23,847 nt of DNA from Methanothermococcus sp. SCGC AD-155-E23 (GCA_019561615.1 JAHEQA010000017.1:1-23847); one strand, 5' to 3'; shown: positions 1 to 11,717, numbered from the stretch's first letter. Made by a program: numbers and translations. Notes: generated by a model not told the origin, from the sequence alone.

Positions 1-11
1 AAGGTGATATC

Positions 12-329
12 TTAAACTTTTAACCTCTCCCTTAATCTATTGTTTTCCTCCTTTAATTTCTCATATATCTCTGTCTCTGTAATAACCCTTGCAGAGTAGT
101 CTAAATCTAGGTACTCCAGGACCTTCTTTACACATAGCTCTATAAGGGTTGTATCTACCTTAGGGTTATCCTTTACTATCCCCTTTACCTCCCCTCTACC
201 ATCCTCTATGAATTCAACTGTAGCCTTTACCTTTAAGTTAATTGCAAATGCAGCTCCCTTACCTGTGGCAATACCGTTGATAATAGTTCCAGATGCTGGA
301 GCTACTGCAGAGGATATCATCTTATCCAT
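12..329 (-). pseudogene. aroK: Truncated archaeal (GHMP-type) shikimate kinase: about 88 N-terminal residues plus a 17-aa unrelated tail
   Basis: N-terminus ASGTIINGIATGKGAAFAI matches archaeal shikimate kinases. The sequence breaks at ..TETEI, where PxxxGLxSSxA should follow. GGTGG RBS lies upstream of ATG 329. Confidence 0.75.
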
Positions 330-384
330 AATTCCACCTAGATTGTTTTAAAAATATTTATAATTTTAAAAAGAGGTGATCTCT

Positions 385-2171
<1,787 letters not shown>

Positions 2172-2993
2172 TTAGTCACCTTTTATAACCTTTAGAGCCT
2201 CCTCAACATCTGCATTCTCATGGACAACCATGGATATTGCCCTTGTAATACCTGTGATATCCCTGTGTTGGAATACATTTCTTCCAGTTGCCACCCCAAC
2301 TGCTCCAGCCTCTATGGCATCCTTAACCATCTGTAGGAACTCCCTGTCACTTTCTGTCTTTGGACCCCCTGCAATTACAATAGGTGCTGGGCATCCCTTT
2401 ACAACCTCCCTGAAGGAGTCTATATCTCCAGTGTAGTTGGTCTTTATTATATCTGCCCCTAATTCAGCACCTAATCTTGCAGCATGGGCCACAACCTCAG
2501 GATCCTTCTCATCCTTTATCTTCTTACCCCTTGGATACATCATGGCTATTAGGGGCATGCCCCAGTACTCACATACCTCTGCTATCCTACCTAGATCCCT
2601 GTACATCTCGTAGTCTGAATCTGCTCCAACGTTTACATGGATGGAGACAGCATCTGCCCCCATCCTTATAGCCTCTTCAACTGAGGTAACTATAACTTTC
2701 TTATTTGGATCTGGAGATAGGTTTGTCCCTGCAGAGAGGTGGATAATTAAACCTATGTCCTTTCCATAACCCCTGTGGCCATGTCTCACTATACCCTTGT
2801 GTACCAGGACTGCATTTGCCCCTCCCTCAGCTACTTTGTTTATAGTCTCCTTCATATTCTCCAGCCCCTTTACAGGTCCTATGGTGACACCGTGGTCCAT
2901 AGGAATTATTACCGTTCTCTCTGAGTCCTTGTTAAATATCCTCTCCAGCCTTATAGCCTTCCCTATATTCTCTATATTCTCAAATATCTTCAT
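2172..2993 (-). CDS. aroA': 2-amino-3,7-dideoxy-D-threo-hept-6-ulosonate (ADH) synthase, DhnA/class I aldolase family
   Basis: [29 protein letters not shown] (Schiff-base Lys) and GRNVFQ. ATG 2993 follows a GGTGG RBS and gives 273 aa. Confidence 0.88.
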   Translation of the reverse strand: MKIFENIENIGKAIRLERIFNKDSERTVIIPMDHGVTIGPVKGLENMKETINKVAEGGANAVLVHKGIVRHGHRGYGKDIGLIIHLSAGTNLSPDPNKKVIVTSVEEAIRMGADAVSIHVNVGADSDYEMYRDLGRIAEVCEYWGMPLIAMMYPRGKKIKDEKDPEVVAHAARLGAELGADIIKTNYTGDIDSFREVVKGCPAPIVIAGGPKTESDREFLQMVKDAIEAGAVGVATGRNVFQHRDITGITRAISMVVHENADVEEALKVIKGD

Positions 2994-3050
2994 CCATACC
3001 ACCTTAAAAACAGCTCTAAGAAAAATATTAAATCCATTATTTTTTATTCT

Positions 3051-4283
3051 TTACTGTATTATACCGTAACCAATCAACCTCCATCTTCCATTTATCCTCC
3101 TACTTAGGGCCACCCTTGCACCTCTCTCTGCACATACTGGCAGCTTCAACTTAATATCTGCTATGTTGTCCCTTGCCGAGAGGATAACACCTACAGTTGT
3201 AGCGGTACCAACGTTTATCATAAGTATTTCATTGGTCCTTAGAGGTTCTATCTTCCTCTCCTCCTTGGTACCTACCACCCTGTCTAGGAGGTGGACATCT
3301 ATTGTAATCCTGTCAAGGGTTTCAGGGAGGGTTCCTGGTTCCCCTGCAACACTACCACTTAGGGCATCTGCCTTTGTAAGGGCAGGGTCCAAGGTTGTAC
3401 CAACCCCTACCAGTCCACCTGGATAGGCCTTTTTCACAGGGAGGTTACCTGCCTTAAGGGAGGTGATCTCAGTTATTATAGGTTCCCAGTAGGTCTTATT
3501 CCCCTCGGTAACCTTCAACCCCGGTCTTATCTCTATCTCCTTCCCAACCTCTAAAACACCCTGGATAATACTACCTCCAATAACCCCTCCCTTGAGATCA
3601 TCTATCTTGCAACCTGGTTTATTAACGTCAAAACTCCTTGCAACGTACATCCTGGCAGGGAGACTTAGATCCCTTTCAGGAGTTGGGATGAGATCCTGGA
3701 TGGCATTTAGGAGTACATCTACATTTGCCCCATGGTGGGCAGATAGGGGTATGATAGGGGCGTCCTCTGCAATGGTACCCTCTATAAACCTCTTTATCTG
3801 TTGGTAGTTTTCCTTAGCCTTCTCCTCAGTAACGAGATCTATCTTGTTCTGCACTATTACAATATTCTTTATTCCCAGTACATCTAGGGCCATGAGATGT
3901 TCCTTTGTCTGGGGCTGGGGACACTCCTCATTTGCCGCAATAACAAGTATGGCACCGTCCATAAGGGAGGCTCCAGATAACATAGTGGCCATAAGGGTCT
4001 CATGACCTGGGGCGTCTACAAAGGATACCTTCCTTAACAGTTGGGTCTTTGTACCACATATTGGACATACCTTCTCTACGGTGTAGGCCTCAGGCTCAGG
4101 ACACTTGGGACACTTCCTTATCTCACAGTCTGCATATCCCAACCTTATGGTAATACCTCTCTTTAACTCCTCACTGTGGGTATCTGTCCATACCCCTGTA
4201 AGTAATTTAGTTAAACTTGTTTTACCGTGATCAACATGTCCAACCATTCCAATGTTTAACTCCGACTGTTTACTTCTCGCCAT
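3051..4283 (-). CDS. eif2g: Translation initiation factor 2 gamma subunit (aIF2-gamma)
   Basis: [17 protein letters not shown], zinc-knuckle CxxC pairs, DAPGHE, QNKID and C-terminal RWRLIGYG. Confidence 0.97.
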   Translation of the reverse strand: MARSKQSELNIGMVGHVDHGKTSLTKLLTGVWTDTHSEELKRGITIRLGYADCEIRKCPKCPEPEAYTVEKVCPICGTKTQLLRKVSFVDAPGHETLMATMLSGASLMDGAILVIAANEECPQPQTKEHLMALDVLGIKNIVIVQNKIDLVTEEKAKENYQQIKRFIEGTIAEDAPIIPLSAHHGANVDVLLNAIQDLIPTPERDLSLPARMYVARSFDVNKPGCKIDDLKGGVIGGSIIQGVLEVGKEIEIRPGLKVTEGNKTYWEPIITEITSLKAGNLPVKKAYPGGLVGVGTTLDPALTKADALSGSVAGEPGTLPETLDRITIDVHLLDRVVGTKEERKIEPLRTNEILMINVGTATTVGVILSARDNIADIKLKLPVCAERGARVALSRRINGRWRLIGYGIIQ

Positions 4284-4398
4284 ATAAATCCCTCTCTAGC
4301 ACTTTTAGAGGATTATACCTCATATAAACTATATATGGTATATAAAGTTAATTGGATTTAAAAGAGAAATGATTTTAAAACCTAATAGGAGGGTTGAG

Positions 4399-6015
4399 AT
4401 GTTCAACAGGAAGGAGATTCTGGAGATGGCAAGGAAGGACTTCGAAGGGACCTGGAGAGCCACAAAGGATTTACTACCTAAAAAACACATAGATAGAAGG
4501 TATCCAAGGGTGAGAATGGAGTATGGAAAGTCCCATCCTGTGATGGATACCATAGAGAGGTTGAGGGAGTGCTACTTAAGGATGGGATTCGAGGAGTATA
4601 TAAACCCCTTAATTGTAGAGGAGAGGGAGATATACAAACAATTTGGTCCAGAGGCTCCTGCCGTACTAGATAGATGCTTCTACCTTGCAGGACTCCCAAG
4701 ACCTGACGTAGGTCTAGGGAGGGAGAAGATAGAGGAGATAGAGAAATTAGGGGTGGAGATGACCCCGGAGAAGGTGGAGAATCTCAGGAAGACCCTCCAT
4801 AAGTATAAAAAGGGTGCTATCGATGGAGACGACTTAGTAATGGAGATAGGTAGGGCCCTTGGGGTATCCAGTGAGATGGGGTTGAAGGTGTTGGAGAAGG
4901 TATTCCCAGAATTTAAGGAGTTGACACCTGAACCTCTATCCCTAACCCTTCGTAGTCATATGACCTCAGGTTGGTTCATCACCCTCTCTCACCTTATTGG
5001 TAAAAAGCCCCTACCCCTAAAACTCTTCTCCATAGACAGGTGCTTCAGGAGGGAACAGAGGGAGGATAGAAGTCACCTTATGACCTATCACTCCGCCTCC
5101 TGTGTAGTAGTTGGGGAGGATATCTCCATAGACGAGGGTATGGCTGTTGCAGAGGGGTTACTCTCCCAACTGGGATTTACAAGGTTTAAATTTAAACCTG
5201 ATGAGAAGAGAAGTAAATACTACGCCCCAGATACCCAGACTGAGGTCTACGCCTATCACCCAAAGTTGAGGGAGTGGTTGGAGGTTGCCACCTTTGGTAT
5301 CTACTCCCCCATTGCACTAAGTGAGTATGGGATAGATGTGCCAGTTATGAACTTGGGCCTTGGAGTTGAGAGGCTGGCCATGATCCTCTACAACTACGAG
5401 GATGTTAGGAAGATGGTATATCCTCAACTCTACGATGTAACCCTAAGTGACAGGGAGATAGCCTCAATGATACATCTAGATAAAATCCCTGTAACTGATG
5501 AGCTCTACAATCTGGGGTTAGACCTTGTAGAGGTCTGTATAAGGAACAGGGATAAACCTGCACCCTGTGAAGTGGTAATTAAGAGGGAGATAGAGTTTTA
5601 CAATGTAAAGAAGGATATAGAGATTACCATCTACGAGGAGGAGGAGGGCAAGAAGTTGCTAGGACCCTCCATATTAAACGAGATCTACGTATATGATGGG
5701 AATATAATAGGGGTGCCAGAGTCCCAGGAGGGTATTAAGGAGGAGTATAAAAAACTTGTAGAGGATACTAGGAGATATGGAATCTCAACTGGAATAAGGT
5801 ATATAGATGCCCTCTCCTTCAAGGTTGCCTATAGGATAGAGGAGGCCCTTGTATCCAATGTAAATCAGTTTAAGATAAGGGTACCTATAGTTAGAAACCT
5901 TGGGGATGTGAATTTAAGGTTGGAGGATGTGGCACTGAGGTATATTGTAAGTAGGGGCAAGGTTATAGATGTTAGAGGCCCAGTCTTTTTAAATGTGAAG
6001 GTGGATATAGACTAA
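4399..6015 (+). CDS. sepS: O-phosphoseryl-tRNA(Cys) synthetase (SepRS)
   Basis: KQFGPEAPAVLDRCFYLAGLPRP, LRSHMTSGWF, CFRREQRED, NLGLGVERLAM and C-terminal IDVRGPVF. ATG 4399 follows a GGAGGG RBS (track start 4369). Confidence 0.96.
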   Translation: MFNRKEILEMARKDFEGTWRATKDLLPKKHIDRRYPRVRMEYGKSHPVMDTIERLRECYLRMGFEEYINPLIVEEREIYKQFGPEAPAVLDRCFYLAGLPRPDVGLGREKIEEIEKLGVEMTPEKVENLRKTLHKYKKGAIDGDDLVMEIGRALGVSSEMGLKVLEKVFPEFKELTPEPLSLTLRSHMTSGWFITLSHLIGKKPLPLKLFSIDRCFRREQREDRSHLMTYHSASCVVVGEDISIDEGMAVAEGLLSQLGFTRFKFKPDEKRSKYYAPDTQTEVYAYHPKLREWLEVATFGIYSPIALSEYGIDVPVMNLGLGVERLAMILYNYEDVRKMVYPQLYDVTLSDREIASMIHLDKIPVTDELYNLGLDLVEVCIRNRDKPAPCEVVIKREIEFYNVKKDIEITIYEEEEGKKLLGPSILNEIYVYDGNIIGVPESQEGIKEEYKKLVEDTRRYGISTGIRYIDALSFKVAYRIEEALVSNVNQFKIRVPIVRNLGDVNLRLEDVALRYIVSRGKVIDVRGPVFLNVKVDID

Positions 6016-6026
6016 GGGTTATACCT

Positions 6027-7496
6027 ATGAGGATAATAATTTTTATCACACTTTTATTACTGTTTTTAAGTACTACTGTTGCCCAGATATACAGGTACGA
6101 CGATGTTGTATTCTATCCCAATGGTAGTCAACATATCAATCTCTCCAAGCTATACGTAGCTAATCTAACGGAGATTCTTAAAGGGGAAGTACTTGAGGCC
6201 TATATAATCTATAAGAATCAGCGTTTTTTTATCATTTACTTTAACAGAAGTATAGCCTTTGACCTTCCCCCTGAACCTATAAATCTCTCTGTAAAGATAT
6301 CTGCCAGCAAGGTGGATTGGGATACCTGGAAAGTAACCTACACCCTGATAAATAACTACGACAGGGAGGTACCTGTCAATATCTCCTTTCCCCCAGGTTA
6401 TAACTTAAAGAACTTCTCTACCTCACTTCCCAGACACTCACATACCTCAATAACTCTCTATAGAAAGTCTTCGTCAAACATCCTACACTTTGAAGACAGC
6501 TATATAAGTTACAGGCTACCCTCCAAGGTAGAGATTGTATACACCCCAAGTATCCCCTTTTCCATAGAGAAGTCCAACAAAGTTGTGAACAACACCATCC
6601 TCTGGATAGGAAATTACTCCATCTACAACATCATCGATGTACCTCTAAAGGCCAACATCTATTTATGGGTGGAGATAGGTAATAGAAGTATAAACCTGGG
6701 AAATATATCAAACATTACCCTACCTCCAAATTCCACCTACTCTGTAGTTAGAAGTATCTACTCAGAGGAGGTACCTGTATTCTACCTTGATATGTACGTG
6801 TGGAATAGGACAGAGGGGGAGATGCTAATACTACCTGTATTGAGGGTAAATGATACCTACAAGATAGGGGTAGCCAGGGTTAAGGGGGAGGTGTTCCATT
6901 ACACTCCACCTATATTAATAGAGGGTGGAAGAAAGAGACCTAAAGAGGAGGAAAAACCCCAAGAGGACAGGAGAAAACCAGAAGAAGAGAAGGAAGAAAA
7001 ACCCCCAGAAAAAACTAAAGAGGAAAGGGAAGAAAGTAAAGAAGAAAAACCCAGGGAGAAACCGACATAAAGAGAAGAAAGGAAGAAAGAAAGAGAAAGA
7101 GTTTTTTTAATAGGAAAGGTGAAAAGCCCTAGGGATGCTGCAGTACTCTCCATCCCTATTTTTATTTTAAATATAGTGGCCATTATCCCGCTACCTCTCT
7201 ATCTCCCCCCCAGTATAGTAGACGATACCCGCGCCCTGGTATACGCCTACAGATCTATTAGGAGGATATACGTCCCAGAGGGTATAAGGTTGAAGGAACC
7301 TCTACCCCTAAATATCCATGTGGTACGTCCCAGGGATTCTCTGGTATCACTTATCAGTAGATCCTTCAAAATACCTTTAAATTCAGCTAAGGCCCTGGTT
7401 ATAGCCATTGAGCATGGAGGTGTTTTGAAAACTACCAACAGAAAAACGTACGAGATCGCCTTAAAGTTAGGTATGGATGCAGAGTTTGTTGAATAG
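6027..7496 (+). pseudogene. Signal peptide + sequon-rich beta ectodomain + charged linker + TM + PIN-like domain (489 codons if intact), interrupted by in-frame TAA at 7068-7070
   Basis: ORFs 6027..7070 and 7119..7496 are in the same frame. The 48 nt between them are open (REERKKERERVFLIGK) and continue the same charged linker. Could be a true nonsense allele or a base-call error. Confidence 0.75.
6925..7100 (+). repeat. Purine-rich low-complexity tract encoding a Glu/Lys/Arg/Pro linker with recurring EEKP-like units
   Basis: Recurrent GAAAAACCC and GAAACC motifs; translation KEEEKPQEDRRKPEEEKEEKPPEKTKEEREESKEEKPREKPT. Confidence 0.7.
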
Positions 7497-7513
7497 GATT
7501 TAGGTGTAGATAA

Positions 7514-7792
7514 ATGAAGGAGAAAAGTGAGAAATCAGAGGATGAGATGGAGGAGGATGTTGAACTGTTAAAAAAACTTAGTGAAACTTATAAAATTAGG
7601 AGGAGGAAAAATATACTTGCAGTAATTTTTTTATCCTCTTTTGTACTGTGTTTTAATATATCACTGTTTATAATCACTGACGTTATAGTGTTGGATTCCA
7701 TATATGCAATTGTATCCTCCCTACTTGGAGTGTTGTTTTTGGCACTGGGGATCTATCTTATTTTGGATAGCCCCCCTATTTATATAGAGTAA
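7514..7792 (+). CDS. Small hypothetical membrane protein: charged N-terminus plus two hydrophobic helices
   Basis: GGTGT RBS-like site. A basic patch RRRK precedes hydrophobic segments ILAVIFLSSFVLCFNISLFII and IYAIVSSLLGVLFLALGIYLIL. Confidence 0.75.
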   Translation: MKEKSEKSEDEMEEDVELLKKLSETYKIRRRKNILAVIFLSSFVLCFNISLFIITDVIVLDSIYAIVSSLLGVLFLALGIYLILDSPPIYIE

Positions 7793-7795
7793 TTT

Positions 7796-10700
7796 TTAAT
7801 TGACTCCAATGTTCAACCCCTCCACTGTAGAGATATTTGTACTTATGGAGATGTGTCTCTTGATATATGGCTCAACCTGGTAGTATCTAAACCAGTATAG
7901 GTTTCCACTACTTCCACTTTCATTGAAATCTCCCGAGATACTTAAAATCTCTATATCTTCTGGCTTATACCAGTATATATACACATCCTTTAAAGGCCTA
8001 TATGGGGTAAAGGAGATATTGCACCCCTCTGAAGTCATGGATATGGAGGTAGATATGTTGTGATAGTACCTTACTAGGAGGGGATAGTTCTGGGTGTATA
8101 CAACCCCATTTGATTCTCTGGCAGTAACTGTTATGTTGTATATTCCAGGATCTGGGAGGTAGAAGGAATATTTGTATAACTTCCAGAGTTGGGGATCGTT
8201 ACTGTCTATATCCTCTAACTCCATAGGACCACTGTACAGCAGGGTGCCATTGGGATGGTATATCTCTATCTCAGCTCCTGATATATCGTAGGCTCCAATA
8301 GGATCTGTAACATTAACATAGATTGTTGCCTTATCCCCCTGGTAGTATACATCTCTATCAAAATAGCACTCCTGGATTTTCACGTATGTCGTGGTACTTA
8401 CTCCTATATTTGAAGGATGATTAATATCGTGATATACTTTAATACGATTGTTCCTCCTGGAGTTGTCTATTTTTAATACCAAATAGTAATTCTTTGGAAT
8501 TGTTACTGGAGAGTCTAGGGAGATGTTAAGGACATAATGATTCTGAGATGATTGCTGAGTTATGGTACTGTGACCAATTTCTATAACATTATTTCCATCT
8601 GTAGCATAAAGAATTACTATTAGAGGCTGTTCTGGAGATATGGATCCCTCTATATAGAGATCTACAGAGATGTTTCCATATAGGGTGAAATCATCTGCAA
8701 ATCTTGGATACTGGGCCCAGGTTAGGAAGGTGTGACTCTCTATCTGGGTATAGTTATAATCCTCTGTAGGGGAAGTGGTATTTAATATCCTTGTGCTACC
8801 TCCATGGAGATAGAATGTTTTTTTCACTGTTGGAGGGAGAGGGGTAGAGGTCTTAAAGGTTGTAGAGTCCCTTATAGAGGAGATGTTAGTATTCACAAAT
8901 TCCAGTGTTGTAGTATCTGTGGTCCCAAGGGATGCCATCTGAGGAATCTCCTTTACAACGGTAATATTTTTTGTCCCATTTACATAGATCTCAGGGAGAC
9001 CGTTAGAGTTACTGTCATTTGATACAAAATCCCAGATACCATCTCCCTCTTCATCCTTCCCTATCAGCACCTCTCCATCGTAGATATATGTTGGCCAGTT
9101 CTTTGTGGAGTTTGTAATATTTATATCGAAGTAGTGGAGATCCCCATAGTTATAGAGGGTGATGTTGTAATATACACTTTCTCCAATGTCAGATGTTTTA
9201 CCCTGGATATAGGGCTCTACAGAGAAGGGGTTTATGTATATTATAATACTTTTCTCATCGTTTGAGGTGTTCTGATCGTTAGGAAGGTTTGTTCTTACAC
9301 TTATATTGTAGATACCGTAGGGCATACCTGAGATATTTAGAGGGAAGACAACTGTCTCCTCTTCCTCGTAAGGTACAGAGAGACTGACAAAGGTATAATT
9401 GGTGTAGTTGTATCCCCCTCCAATCCTCCTTACCTCCATACTTACATTGAGATTCTCCACATCTACAATACCGTATAGGGCAACAGTAGAGGTAACGTTG
9501 ATTACAGGGTGAATATTGGGGTTAAATACTTCACCGTTGTAGGGGTAATCTATACTTTTTACCCCTGTATCGTAAAGTTGATTTAACCCCATCTCAATCT
9601 GATCTAACATATCTGAGAGGTTAAATCCTAGACCCCATATAATAGGGACTACCCATGTTTCATTGGGTTCTAGGGTATCCTTGTACCAGGCTAGAGCTGT
9701 TGCTGCATCCTCCGTATATTGTGAATTATTGTTTAGATAACCCCGTCTTATATGATTCCACATAGTCCCGTACTCATTTACCTCATGTTCATAACTGGGA
9801 AGTATGGATTTATATCCTCCATATTCAATTTTTTTAACAGGTTGATTGACTATATCATGACCATATACAACATCGTATGTACTGTTGTAATAACATTCAT
9901 CATCTCCATAATCTCCATTGAAGTTCCAATCCATACCTTGGAAAAACTTTAGATTTCTAAATGTTTTATTTGTAGGATTTTTTATATAATAGATTGTTGC
10001 AAACCATCTGTAGTTGTCCCTTATTATGATCTTTTGAGTTATATTTACTTCCCTATCAGGCCAGGGTGTGTGCATCTTAACAATAATGAGGCTTTCCAAT
10101 ATCTTATGTGGAGTTTCCTGGTCAAGTACGTATTCCCGATATGTTTCGTCGAGGTAGTCTTTTCCAAGAGGTCTATATCCACATCCATTTCCAAACTGAC
10201 TAGTAGTCCCATTATAGGTGTATCTAATAGCAATCTTTGAACCTGCATCCATATCAAGATCGTATCCAAAGTTATCTCCATTTCTTCCAGCATGGTCATG
10301 AGAGCTTATAGTACTCCTATCATCCCCCTCGTTGTAGGGGAAGACTATTGCAGAGATCTGCCCTCCTTCATTAAATATAGTATCGTTATTGGCAATCTCT
10401 ATGGCGATAGAGTTATGAGGGGCAGGAGGTATCAGAGAGATGTTGTATCCGTATATGGGATCGTCGTAAAAGTAGAGAGTATCATTCTCTATGTAGTACC
10501 TTATATCTCCATAAACCCTCCCTGTCCCCCTGTCTATAGAGATGTTATTTACTATAACCCTTCCGTCATCACCTACAATCTCCTTCACCCTATATCCCCT
10601 GGAAGTGTTGATCTTAGCGGAGAATCTATACCAGACATTATCCAACTTGTTCTCCACCTCCACCCTGATCTTTGTCTTATTTATCTTAAAAGTCTTTAGA

Positions 10701-11695
10701 GAGGTGTTCAAAACTTCCTCTGGAATGTTAAATCTCCTTAACAACATCTTTTGCATGGTACTGTTGTATTTGTCCAGGGGTATTGTAACCTCGTAGAGGG
10801 AGAGATTCCCACCTATCTCCCTCTGGGCTATCCTACATTCCTTCAACCTTATCTTACTAAACACTCTATTAATTAGGGGTTTTTTATCACATAGTATCTT
10901 TACTACAATGGCCCTTTTCCTAGGGTCGTAGGAGACTAAGACCTTTGCACTCTCTTTTTCTAACCCCTTTATAAGCGCCGTGATATCTAGGGTCCTGTTA
11001 ATACATCTTGAGGTGTTAAAGCTAAGGAATACCTCCCTCCTAAGGGTGAAATTCTTGTAATGTGAGGTTATAACTAGTGTGTTGTTCAATATTAGAGGAT
11101 AGATAACATACCTGTCTTTTCCTATCCTCTCATACTTTACCTCTAGAGATAGGTTTTTATAGGTGATGTTAAGCTTCCCGTCACTTTCAACTATGACCTT
11201 GTAGGATTTCTCAGACCTATTTAAATAGACCTTGAGGTAAGGTCTTTTTTCAGGTGAGTAATTTAGAAGTATACACCGGTGGAGTGTTTTATTTGGATAC
11301 AAAACATAGATATGGATAGTTTTATTCAGCACTACAGGTGAGAGAATATAGGTGTTGTTTTCCACCTCTACCACATCTAACGTAATATTATCTACATAGG
11401 CACTAACCTCTCCATCAGTCTTAATAACTACCTTGTACCCCTGGACAGTTATGTTGAAATTACTATCTGTAATGCTGTGGTTTTCATCTGAGATATTCTC
11501 AAGAGGGAAAATCTCCTTCTTGGAGGTATTTAAGGTACAGTTTAGGGAGAGGTTCTCTATTCCACTGATGTTACTAGTATTCACTATACTGTTGTTGCTT
11601 ACATTGTAAGTGTGATTAAGTACTACCCCAGTTGCCAGTGGACTTAAAAGAATTAATAGAATAAAGGTGTAGGAGGCCCTCATGGGTATTACCAT
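7796..11695 (-). CDS. Large secreted multidomain beta-rich surface protein (adhesin-like), no C-terminal TM
   Basis: 1299-aa ORF with signal peptide (FILLILLSPLATG); the start may be ATG 11683. Very many N-x-S/T sequons, a CARDB-like end motif DQNTSND, and an acidic Ca-loop-like DEEGDGIWD..DSNSNGLPE. Confidence 0.8.
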   Translation of the reverse strand: MVIPMRASYTFILLILLSPLATGVVLNHTYNVSNNSIVNTSNISGIENLSLNCTLNTSKKEIFPLENISDENHSITDSNFNITVQGYKVVIKTDGEVSAYVDNITLDVVEVENNTYILSPVVLNKTIHIYVLYPNKTLHRCILLNYSPEKRPYLKVYLNRSEKSYKVIVESDGKLNITYKNLSLEVKYERIGKDRYVIYPLILNNTLVITSHYKNFTLRREVFLSFNTSRCINRTLDITALIKGLEKESAKVLVSYDPRKRAIVVKILCDKKPLINRVFSKIRLKECRIAQREIGGNLSLYEVTIPLDKYNSTMQKMLLRRFNIPEEVLNTSLKTFKINKTKIRVEVENKLDNVWYRFSAKINTSRGYRVKEIVGDDGRVIVNNISIDRGTGRVYGDIRYYIENDTLYFYDDPIYGYNISLIPPAPHNSIAIEIANNDTIFNEGGQISAIVFPYNEGDDRSTISSHDHAGRNGDNFGYDLDMDAGSKIAIRYTYNGTTSQFGNGCGYRPLGKDYLDETYREYVLDQETPHKILESLIIVKMHTPWPDREVNITQKIIIRDNYRWFATIYYIKNPTNKTFRNLKFFQGMDWNFNGDYGDDECYYNSTYDVVYGHDIVNQPVKKIEYGGYKSILPSYEHEVNEYGTMWNHIRRGYLNNNSQYTEDAATALAWYKDTLEPNETWVVPIIWGLGFNLSDMLDQIEMGLNQLYDTGVKSIDYPYNGEVFNPNIHPVINVTSTVALYGIVDVENLNVSMEVRRIGGGYNYTNYTFVSLSVPYEEEETVVFPLNISGMPYGIYNISVRTNLPNDQNTSNDEKSIIIYINPFSVEPYIQGKTSDIGESVYYNITLYNYGDLHYFDINITNSTKNWPTYIYDGEVLIGKDEEGDGIWDFVSNDSNSNGLPEIYVNGTKNITVVKEIPQMASLGTTDTTTLEFVNTNISSIRDSTTFKTSTPLPPTVKKTFYLHGGSTRILNTTSPTEDYNYTQIESHTFLTWAQYPRFADDFTLYGNISVDLYIEGSISPEQPLIVILYATDGNNVIEIGHSTITQQSSQNHYVLNISLDSPVTIPKNYYLVLKIDNSRRNNRIKVYHDINHPSNIGVSTTTYVKIQECYFDRDVYYQGDKATIYVNVTDPIGAYDISGAEIEIYHPNGTLLYSGPMELEDIDSNDPQLWKLYKYSFYLPDPGIYNITVTARESNGVVYTQNYPLLVRYYHNISTSISMTSEGCNISFTPYRPLKDVYIYWYKPEDIEILSISGDFNESGSSGNLYWFRYYQVEPYIKRHISISTNISTVEGLNIGVN

Positions 11696-11717
11696 TGATT
11701 TTTATTAAAAGAGTTAT

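Noticed and set aside
6899-7183. ORFs 6925..7110 (+, Lys-rich) and 6899..7183 (-, Ser/Phe-rich)
   Set aside because: Alternate-frame and antisense shadows of the purine-rich linker; the in-frame read-through explains the region.
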